64,000 nt of DNA, from contig NC_086097.1 of NCBI RefSeq assembly GCF_963921235.1, positions 55,678,001-55,742,000 on the forward strand, read 5' to 3'. The position numbers were made by a program, and so were the translations under genes. The notes beneath the pieces are model-generated. The model had not been told where the DNA came from and did not search any database. It worked only from the letters and a program-made list of their open reading frames with translations. Positions 11,966-21,790 of this stretch are shown piece after piece (positions within the stretch are counted from its first letter, which is position 1; the number at the start of each line of letters is the position of its first letter). The stretch is from Mobula hypostoma (Eukaryota).

Positions 11966-12514
11966 AAGTTACACGGTTACACCTACGCTCTGTCCGCCAG
12001 AGAAAGCAGGCACCTACGCTCTGTCCGCCAGAGAAAGCAGGATCTCCCAGTGGCCACACATTTTAATTCCACATCCCATCCCCATTCTGACATGTCTATC
12101 CACGGCCTCTTCTACCGTAAAGATGAAGCCACATTCAGGTTGGAGGAACAACACCTTATATTCCGTCTGGGTAGCCTCCAACCTGATGGCATGAACATCG
12201 ACTTCTCTAACTTCCGCTAATGCCCCACCTCTCCCTCGTACCCCATCTGTTACTTATTTTTATACACACATTCTTTCTCTCACTCTCCTTTTTTTCCCTC
12301 TGTCCCTCTGACTATACCCCTTGCCCATCCTCTGGGTCTCCCCCCCCCTTGTCTTTCTTCCCGGACCTCCTGTCCCATGATTCTCTCGTATTCCTTTTGC
12401 CAATCACCTGTCCAGTTCTTGGCTCCATCCCTCCCCCTCCTGTCTTCTCCTATCATTTTGGATCTCCCCCTCCCCCTCCAAATTTCAAATCCCTTACTAA
12501 CTCTTCCTTCAGTT

Positions 12515-12550
12515 AGTCCTGACGAAGGGTCTCGGCCTGAAACGTCAACT
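12515..12550 (+). ncRNA. Minimal type I hammerhead ribozyme motif in PLE terminus
   Basis: AGTC-CTGACGA-AGGGTCTCGGCCT-GAAA-CGTC-AACT, with one stem I mismatch. Confidence 0.75.
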
Positions 12551-15500
12551 GCACCTCTTCCTAGAGATGCTGCCAGGCCTGCTGCGTTCACCAGCAACTT
12601 TTATGTGTGTTGCTTGAATTTCCAGCATCTGCAGAATTCCTGTAGGCATCTTCTTGGTTGAGATTTCACTCTTGCAGTTCTGCTCTCTGCCAGTAAATGG
12701 CGCTATTGCACTTCATAAATGAATAAAATTGTGCCGCTGTGGCTGTGGAATATCCATTTCTCTAGCCTGTAGATCAAGAGAGTTTGCTCTCACCACAAGA
12801 AGTCCAATGTGTTTGTGCAATAAAGTGCCAAGGTACTGAATAAACCCTTACATTTTATTAAAAGTATTCCACAGAATGACTAAATTAATTAGTGAGATGT
12901 TAAAAGAAAATATATTTGTCTTGCTATTCGAACAACTCATTAGTTAGCTTAATATTTAATATATTAACGCAGCAAATAACAGACTTTTAACATTAATACA
13001 TGGAATATATTAACATCAACCAATCTGAACTTACTGGTAATTTATTCCTTAAAGAAATTATACTCACGGGGGTGGGAGGCTTAGGGAAGAGGAGGGGCAG
13101 CTCCTGGCTGGGAAGCCATATAATGTTTTATGCAAAAATATTGTCCGTTCTGTATGATTACCTACTGTTCTGAGCTGCAAATGACTCCTCTTAATTATCT
13201 TTTGGAGCTGTTGTTTCACAGTTGTTTCTACCCATATTTAGAAATAATTGATTTATTTGTTTCCAGATAATTTCCCTCCTGCAGTCACAGATAGGCTATT
13301 AGAAATTTTGTTTTCATTTTCTATCATGTTTCAGGTGTCACTGACTAAATTATTTTCCTCGTAATTAAGCAGCTGGGGACTCCATTTCAGGATGTAAATC
13401 TGAGAGGTGAATTAAGAAACAAAATGTTTTTTTTTATGGAAAATGATAATTACAATGCAGCAATTCAATGTGAATTTCCATGGCCTCATTTACTACTGAA
13501 TAAGCTTCTTTGAAGTAATAGAAAGTACTTCATTTCCTCATGCCTGAGAAATGATTTATGTTTGCAAATTTGATCTATTATGTGGTATTGATTGCATAAT
13601 ATTTAAAATATTATTTCTATTCATTAACTTTATATTTTCTCCTTTTGCTGTTCTCTGTGAACTGATAACACCTGCGATTAAGATTTTGTGTGTTTTGTAT
13701 GATTTAATGGCTTTACAAATTAAATAAATCAATGATATAATGTGCCATTTGTCTAAGGAGTCATATTATTAATGGCCCTTTAGTTTGAAACATTGTTAGA
13801 ATTAATTGGTTAACCTCTTCTGGTCAAGTAATTAGCTTTTAGGCCGCAGTGTTCTATTGATGTTCCTGAAGCTGGAGTAACATTTTACTGTATCAAAAAT
13901 CAAACCGAGTTGCAACGTGTCGTGAATTGATTGAATAAGGAAACAGAATTCAGAAATATTTCATGCTAGCAATTTGATTTTACCACTTTGATTTCATTTC
14001 ACTCAATCCATAAGAGTATGAATCTACATTGTTGTCTTTAGCAATGGGGAAGAAGCACAAGTCTGATTGCTGAACGGAGTCTTATAAATCAAAGATGCCC
14101 ATGTCCACGCACAGTTGGTGCTCCTGGCAAAGAGGATGCAGGGGGTTTCCTATTAAATTTCAATGAGATATTGCAGGGATACACAGTAGTTCTGGAAGAA
14201 TATAAAACAGTTGTTGAAATTTAGGTACTTTGCTAAGACTGTTCAGAAAATGATTTGACACCCAACTAGCAACTATCTTTTCTGCTTTAAGATAGTGCTG
14301 GAGCTGCTGTGCACGTAAACATTTTCTGATCATTTCAGACTTTGCTCATTGCTTTTGATGTGCATGCTGAGTTAGACTCATTGAAGAGGAATGCAGCCTG
14401 AGTCTACCAGAGAAGATGAAAGGATAATGACGTTGTTGCTTTTGCAGGAACTTGGCCAAGAATTTTTGTACCCGAGGAGATGCTGAAGTTTTCTGGAGAG
14501 GTATTCCCAAAGAAAATGAAAGATTACTTTGCGTGGTCACACTATCTGTGGAACGAATGTAAATTTGTGGGCAGTGTGGTTATTTCACTAAGTAATTGGT
14601 AAGTTTCCCAAGTGACAGTGCAGATTTATAAATTTATTGCTCCTAACGTCACACTTAGTAAACATTGTGGAATGAAAGTACAGTCCCTAATGAATAGTTG
14701 ACAGTAATACATTAATTTGTAAGATATTTATCTTTTTAATTGGTAGTACACAAGACATAGAGTAAATGCTTCAACCATCCAAGTGCATTATGCACACAAT
14801 TTACTGCAGCAGTACCCTCGGCCATGTGCTGTTAACTGACAATATATTTCAATATTAATGTTTCTTGGAATAGAGTTGACTCCACCTGTGTGTGGTCTAG
14901 GATTATGACGCAGTATCATACAAGACAGAAATAAACTTTTATTAGAATTTAGGAACTTTGCGTTATTCAATATGAATATCTTCTAGCATATTTCTCAATA
15001 AGTGGCGATAAGACAAAAAGGCAGGTATTTTAAAAGAAATGGGATAACATACACAAGGTCAGCAGAGGGAGCTGTATATGTGCCTTTCTATTAAACCAAC
15101 GGCTTTCATTGTCAGCTTAATAGCTCCTCTAAACTAATTCCCTTAATGATTTAGATCAAGTTTAAATGATTTGTGCTCCTTCAATCACACTGTTGACAAA
15201 CATACCTAAGGCAATCTAGATCACTTGTACTGCATCTTACTTTCAAATGCCTCCTCAGCGCTGCTCTGTTCAAAGGTTTGACAACCTCTCATCTTAGGCT
15301 CGGGAATTGTTTCCCTTTATATCCCATGTGGCAGCTTGGACTTTCTTCTGTTGTACCACATAAAATAGGTTTGCTATTTGATTATATTTCATGAGCATGC
15401 AGAATGATTGCCCTTATTAGCTGTGAGACGCTGGCCCTGGGCCTTAATCTCAAGTACTGAAGGGTAGCATAAAAGCTTTCTCCTACCTCCGTTTGCTTCA

Positions 15501-15839
15501 ATGCCAGGTGTGCATTCCATAGTAAGGCTCCATGACAGAAGAGTAGGAAACCACTTTGGGGAATGTTTCTTCCGTCTTCAAATGCAAGAGAGAGAGAGGG
15601 AAGTCATTAGTTTACTTTTGGAAACCAACATTGTTAACAGAGAACATTGTAATCCACATTATGACTTCAGCCTCATTTGTAGTAATTTATTCCAAATAGT
15701 CACTGCTTTTTTGTGAGTTTTTTTGTGGATCCAGGTTGCACCCAGCAGAGAAATTCCTCCTGTCCCAATACCCACTCTAAATTCCCCATATGCGGCACTC
15801 ACAACTCTGTCAAACTCCCCTTTGATTCTATAGGCTCAA

Positions 15840-16130
15840 GTCTACACTGGCAGTAAATTAGAACAGCCAGGTAATCTATCGATATGTCTCTGGGGTGTGA
15901 GAGTAAAGCAAAGCACCTGGAGGAAACCATGAGTGGTCCTGAAGAAGGATCTCGGCTTCAAACGTTGACTGTTTATTCCTCTCCAAAGATGCTGCCTGAC
16001 CTGCTGAGTTCATCCAGCATTCTGTGAGTGTTGACCTGGAGGAAACCACTGGGGGTCTCAGGGAGAGCAATTAACTCCACACAGGTGTCAGAATCAAACC
16101 CAGCCACTGCAACACTAACTGTGGTTCCAC
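15840..16130 (-). mobile_element. tRNA-derived V-SINE (HE1-like), interrupted by a PLE terminal fragment
   Basis: Reverse complement of the V-domain (GCACCTGGAGGAAACCA...GGGAGAGCA...AACTCCACACA) followed by a B-box-like GAATCAAACCC. Confidence 0.7.
15930..16033 (+). mobile_element. 104-bp PLE terminal insertion (degenerate hammerhead plus terminus)
   Basis: 15-bp TSD ACCTGGAGGAAACCA at 15915-15929 and 16034-16048; contains GTC-CTGAAGA-AGGATCTCGGCTT-CAAA-CGTT-GACT. Confidence 0.82.
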
Positions 16131-16211
16131 TTTGATGAACACAATGGACTCAAGATTCAGGAGCTTGAAGACTCGTACGGCCAGATTTGGGAACAGCTTC
16201 TTTCCAACTGT

Positions 16212-16911
16212 CAACACACATCAAAGTTGCTGGTGAACGCAGCAGGCCAGGCAACATCTCTAGGAAGAGGTACAGTCTGTCCACCAGAGAAAGTAGGATC
16301 TCCCAGTGTCCACACATTTTAATTCCACATCCCATTCCCATTCTGATATGTCTATCCACGGCCTCCTCTACTGTAAAGGTGAAGCCACACTCAGGTTGTT
16401 GGAACAACACCTCATATTCCATCTGGGTAGCCTCCAACCTGATGGCATGAACATTGACTTCTCTAACTTCCGCTAATGCCCCACCTCCCCCTTGTACCCC
16501 ATCCGTTATTTATTTATATACACACATTCTTTCTCTCACTCTCCTTTTTCTCCCTCTGTCCCTCTGACTATACCCCTTGCCCATCCTCTGGGTTTCCCCT
16601 CCTCCTCCTTTTCCTTCTCCCTGGGCCTCCGGTCCCATGATCCTCTCATATCCCTTTTGCCAATCACCTGTCCAGCTTTTGGCTCCATCCCTCCCCCTTC
16701 TGTCTTCTCCTATCATTTTAGATCTCCCCCTCCCCCTCCCACTTTCAAATCTCTTACTAGCTCTTCCTTCAGTTAGTCCTGACGAAGGGTCTCGGCCCAA
16801 AACGTCGACTGTACCTCTTCCTAGAGATGATGCCTGGCCTGATGCGTTCACCGGCAACTTTGATGTGTGTTGCTTGAATTTCCAGCATCTGCAGAATTCC
16901 TCGTGTTTACG
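16212..16911. mobile_element. Penelope-like element: short inverted arm (16212-16277) plus forward arm (16276-16911)
   Basis: 13-bp TSD TCTTTCCAACTGT at 16199-16211 and 16912-16924; GIY-YIG C-terminal remnant; close match to 12011-12642. Confidence 0.94.
16775..16810 (+). ncRNA. Hammerhead ribozyme motif with a G-to-A change in the GAAA core (probably inactive)
   Basis: AGTC-CTGACGA-AGGGTCTCGGCCC-AAAA-CGTC-GACT. Confidence 0.7.
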
Positions 16912-17902
16912 TCTTTCCAACTGTGATAAGACTGCTGAACGGATCTTGACCTGGATCCAAATATCCGGACCTGCCTCTCGGTTTTTTTGCACTACCTTAC
17001 TTTCCATTTTTCTATTTTCTGTTTATGATTTATAATTTAAATTTTTTAATATTGTCTAATTGTTACTATTTTTACTATTTTTAATATTTAATATTTGTAA
17101 TCCAGGGAGCGGGAAGCATAGAATCAAATATCGCTGTGATGATTGTATGTTCTAGTATCAATTGTTTGGTGACAATAAAGTATAAAGTATAAAGTAAAAT
17201 GTCCTCCCCCCTTAAGAGCAGGTCTTTGAAGAACACCCATCTGGTGTTCCTGAAACTCTAATTGTTGTTGATTAGGTCCTCTTCTGCTTTCGAAAGTTGG
17301 CAGTGCATACAACACTCATGCTCACTTGGCCATAGAGAGCTTCAAACTGCATGTCAGAAAAGGTTTTCAGAAAAGGTTTTCTGCAAAGTATGGTAACAGG
17401 GTTATAATGCTTCAACCCTTGCACTTATGAGTATATGTTTTCTTCAAGATTTACAAGTAGCCCTTTGATAAAACTTTGACAAAGAAAGGTTTTCAGGATC
17501 ACTTAGAAAAGCAGGTGTGAGAAGTCAGGGTTCATTGTCCGATTTTCCCTGGCACAGTACCACTGTGTTCATGTCTTGGTGTCGTTGGCGAAGGTCAATT
17601 ACTGAATTGTAATTAATACCCCATGTGGTTAATCAAAATAAAATGTGATTTGATGCTGGGTTAAGATACTCCATCACTTTTAATACATTACCCACCCACA
17701 CAGAAAATGAAGCTCTTACAGTGTCAGATTGCTCAGAAGAAGGAAAAGACAGAACAAGGGAGATACAATATCTAACTAAACATATCCTCCCTTGCCAATG
17801 GGAGCCAATTTTATGTCCATGATATGGTTTTTAATTCCCTTCTTGTCAAATTGACATCAGTATCATCTCACTCTGTGTTACATAAATGTTACATATTGAT
17901 GA

Positions 17903-20558
17903 CACTAGATTGCAAATTTTTTTGAAAGTGTTGCTTCCTCATAGACCACTGGAAGCTGAACACAAATATAATTTCAACTACTTGTATCACATAGGAATTT
18001 GGAGAAACAAGAAATTAACTTTTATTGAATATAATGTGTTTAATTGTATAATAGTGCTGATGATTTGCATTAGTTCAACTAAGCTAAAAATGTTTTGTTG
18101 ATGATTTTCATTTCTACTCAGTGTCTAAGGTTTCTCACTTAAGTGTCCAACAATAATCAGCCAGTATTGATGGATTCCAGTTGCCCTGATACCGTTTCTC
18201 CATGACTGCAATATCCTTATGACACGAAGCTGGGTGGCAGTGTTAGCATGACACGAAGCTGGGTGGCAGTGTTAGCAGTGAGGAGGATGCTAAGAGGATG
18301 CAGGGTGACTTGGATAGGTTGGGTGAGTGGGCAAACTCATGGCAGATGCAATTTAATGTGGATAAATGTGAAGTTATCCACTTTGGTGGCAAAAATAGGA
18401 AAACAGATTATTATCTGAATGGTGGCCGATTAGGAAAAGGGGAGGTGCAACGAGACCTGGGTGTCATTATACACCAGTCATTGAAAGTGGGCATGCAGGT
18501 ACAGCAGGCAGTGAAAAAGGCGAACGGTATGCTGGCATTTATAGCGAGAGGATTCGAGTACAGGAGCAGGGAGGTACTACTGCAGTTGTACAAGGCCTTG
18601 GTGAGACCACACCTGGAGTATTGTGTGCAGTTTTGGTCCCCTAATCTGAGGAAAGACATCTTTGCCATAGAGGGAGTACAAAGAAGGTTCACCAGATTGA
18701 TTCCTGGGATGGCAGGTCTTTCATATGAAGAAAGACTGGATGAACTGGGCTTGTACTCGTTGGAATTTAGAAGATTGAGGGGGGATCTGATTGAAACGTA
18801 TAAGATCCTAAAGGGATTGGACAGGCTAGATGCGGGAAGATTGTTCCCGATGTTGGGGAGGTCCAGAACGAGGGGTCACAGTTTGAGGATAGAGGGGAAG
18901 CCTTTTAGGACCGAGATTAGGAAAAACTTCTTCACACAGAGAGTGGTGAATCTGTGGAATTCTCTGCCACAGCAAACTGTTGAGGCCAGTTCATTAGCTA
19001 TGTTTAAAAGGAAGTTAGATATGGCCCTTGTGGCTACAGGGGTCAGGGTGTATGGAGGGAAGGCTGGGTTCTGAGTTGGATGATCAGCCATGATCATAAT
19101 AAATGGCGGTGCAGGCTCGAAGGGCCGAATGGCCTACTCCTGCACCTATTTTCTATGTTTCTATGTTTCTATGAAACCTTTCAACATGCTCGTCACTGAC
19201 AGCGCCAAGATTTGCAGGGAAGCAGTTTAAATAGGAATGCCGAAGATTATCTTTAGTTACATGTTCCACTTAATGGTTTTGTATGTTTGAAGCATGTTGT
19301 CAACCAGCTGCATGTAGTTTGGTGCTCTGTGGTTGCCAAGAAAATTTTCAAGAACATCCTTGAATGTGATGTTCTGTAGTCCCATTAGAAGTTCTTTGAA
19401 TTGCCTGTCATTAATGACTTGTTTGATTTGTAGACCAACAAAAATGCTGTCCTTAATCTTGGCATCAGTGATTCTGGGAAACGACTATCTCAAATATCAG
19501 AATCCTTCACAGAAACTTTTGTGCCTGTTGTCAGCAGATTCCATCCTTGCTGTCTTGAACACAGTAATTCTGCTTTTGCCTTTGACAAACCCAAGTCTCT
19601 GACCAGGTCATGTAAGTCAGATTGAGTTATCAGATGAGGCTCAGTGGACATAAAGGGTTCAAAATCTGTATCAGTATCAGTATCGTTTTCCATTCCTGGC
19701 TCATGCATCGTGACATCTTCGTCTGCCTCCTCTACACTCCAAGTCTCTGGTGGCTTCGGTACTGGAAGATTATCATCATGTGGCACAGTCTCATGGCTGA
19801 AGGGAGATTGGGGTATTCAATGGATTTCTGGTTTTTAGCAGAGAAACCAAACACACTGGTCAGTTAGAAGTAGCAGCCTGTCCATGATCCTTTTGGCTTT
19901 GCCATATCATTGGGACAGCAAATGGCATTGACTTCCGAGTACCTCTACACCAAGCTTCAAGATTGACAGCCCACGTGGCGCAACAAATGTGAGGAGCCCA
20001 GGCTTCGTCTTGGTTGCCAATTTTACACCTAAAGTCGAGTTCATAGGTTTTCCTAATAAGAGGAGTCATACTCTGTCTTTCAGATTTAAGCGTATACTCA
20101 CCATAAATATAACAGAAAGTCCCGCAGCTGTTGCAATATCAGCGAGACATTTTGCTATCACAAATACTCTCGAAAATACAATTACCTTATTATAATGAGT
20201 ACACACAATAGGCTATGCGCGTAGTGCGTGCATATCAATGTGATCGCAAACTGATATACATGTAAACGCAATGCATTGAAGGTGTGAGCGTGATGCTTTT
20301 ATAGCCTTTGTAAAACCTATCCTGCCATGCAGCATCCACTTTGCCTAAGCATGCCTGGACAAGATAGAAAACTCTTCAGCTTACATTGTGGGCAACATTT
20401 TAATTCACTTGAATTATGAATTGAAATAACAAATATCAGTGATTTCAAAATAATGGTGTGCAATAGGAAAATTTCATGGCGATTTTCATGACCAGCAGCA
20501 CAAAGTCCATGAGGTACACCCACAAGTATTCAGAAAGCAAAATCTTTGTTGTCCAGTG
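17903..20558 (-). mobile_element. Internally deleted cut-and-paste DNA transposon (superfamily not assigned), interrupted by a young CR1
   Basis: Minus-strand fragments CKIGNQDEAWAPHICC, MPFAVPMIW, PHLITQSDLHDLVRDLGLSKAKAELL, TDAKIKDSIFVG, FPANLGAVSDEHVERF|HKDIAVMEKRYQG..LADYCW. Imperfect TIRs CACTAGATTGCAAA (17903) and CACTGGACAACAAA (reverse complement from 20558). Confidence 0.78.
18219..19173 (+). mobile_element. Young 5'-truncated CR1, subfamily A
   Basis: Matches 1106-2030 with about 5 substitutions counted by eye; (TTTCTATG)3 tail; 29-bp tandem duplication at the 5' junction. Confidence 0.96.
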
Positions 20559-20712
20559 CTATTAGCAAAATCTGTTATGGCAGAATGATGGGTCACAGTA
20601 TGGCTGAGGGTGTAAAATAGGATTGTACTGGGTGGCCCCCAAATGGCGCCATGTGTCCATCACCAACATAGCATTTCCACAACTTACTACCTCTATCTGT
20701 ACGTCTTTGGAA

Positions 20713-21790
20713 TGAATCTGAATCAGGTTTAATATCACTGGCATATGTCATGATACTTATTGTTTTGTGGCTGCAGTATATTACAATACAGAGGATTAAA
20801 AATTACGGTAAGTATATATAATAAAAATAAATTAAATAGGTAGTGCAAAAAGAGAGGGAAAATACAGAGGAGGTGTTCCTGGGTTCATTGTGCATTCAGA
20901 AATTTGATGGCAGAGGGGAAGAAGTGGTTCCTGAAATGTTGTCTATGTATCTTCAGGCTCCTGCACCTCCTTCTTGATGGTAGCGATGAGAAACGGGCAT
21001 GTCCTGGGTGATGGGGCCCTGAATGGTGGACGCCACTTTCTGAGGCATCGCATTGTGAAGGCGTTCTGGATGCTGGGGAGACTAATGCCTAAGCTGGAGA
21101 TGACTGAGTTTACAACTTTCTGCAGCTTTTTCCAATCCTGTGCAGTGGCCCCTCCACACCAGACTGTGATGCAACCAGTTAAAATATTCTACGTAGTACA
21201 TCTGTAGAAATTTGCAAGTGTCCTTGGTGACATACCAATTTTCCTCAAACTCCTAATGAAATATAGCTGCCGTCGTGCCCTCTTTGTAATTGCGTCAATA
21301 TGTTGGGCCCAGGATAGATCCTCAGAGAAGCTGGCACCCAGGAACTTGAAATTGCTCACCCTTTCCAATTCTGATCCCCCAATGAGGACTGGTGTGTGTA
21401 TCCTCGACTTCCCCTTCCTGAAGTCCACAAGCAGTTTGTTGGTCTTACTGACGTTGAGTATAAGGTTGTTGTTTTGACACCACTCAACCAGCTGATCTAC
21501 CTCACTCCTGTACGTCTCCTCCTCACCATCTAAAATTCTGCCAACAATAGTCGTATTGCTGGCAAATTCGTAGGTGGCATTTGAGCTGTGCCTAGTAGAG
21601 CAGTGGGCTAAGCACGCATCCTTGAGGTGCAGCAGTGTCGATTGTCAGCAAGGAGGAGATGTTATTTCTGATCCACACTGACTGTGGTCTCCTAGTGATG
21701 AAGTCAAGGATCCAGTTGCAGAGGGAGGTACAGATACCCAAGTTTAGAGCTTTTTGATTAGAACTGAGGGAATGATGATGTTGAGTGCTG
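20713..21790 (-). mobile_element. Rex1/Babar LINE 3' fragment
   Basis: DFRK...ERVSNFKFLG...DLSWAQH...RQLYFIRSLRK...LANFYRCT; tail AAACCTGATTCAGATTCA on the minus strand. Confidence 0.85.

Larger units (their letters stand above)
11161..12642. mobile_element. Penelope-like element (Neptune type), inverted two-arm insertion
   Basis: Minus arm 11161-11965 and plus arm 11980-12642; 14-bp TSD TAGGCATCTTCTTG at 11147-11160 and 12643-12656. Confidence 0.95.
16152..17198 (+). mobile_element. Rex1/Babar LINE 3' end interrupted by a PLE
   Basis: Rejoined flanks read RFRSLKTRTARFGNSFFPTVIRLLN, the Rex1-type C-terminus; tail GACAATAAAG(TATAAAG)n. Confidence 0.8.

Noticed and set aside
11067..12661. Pro/Ser/Leu-rich and Gly/Arg-rich ORFs (also 16492-17035)
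   Set aside because: Readings of the pyrimidine-rich PLE 3'UTR on either strand.
14339..14600. Exon-like segments after TTTCAG and TTGCAG acceptors
   Set aside because: Weak donors, in-frame stops or unrecognisable peptides.
18219..19173. Segmental duplication or assembly artefact of 1106-2030
   Set aside because: Identity is confined to the element, the flanks rejoin into a transposase frame (ERF-HKDI), and there are about 5 substitutions, so it is an independent insertion.
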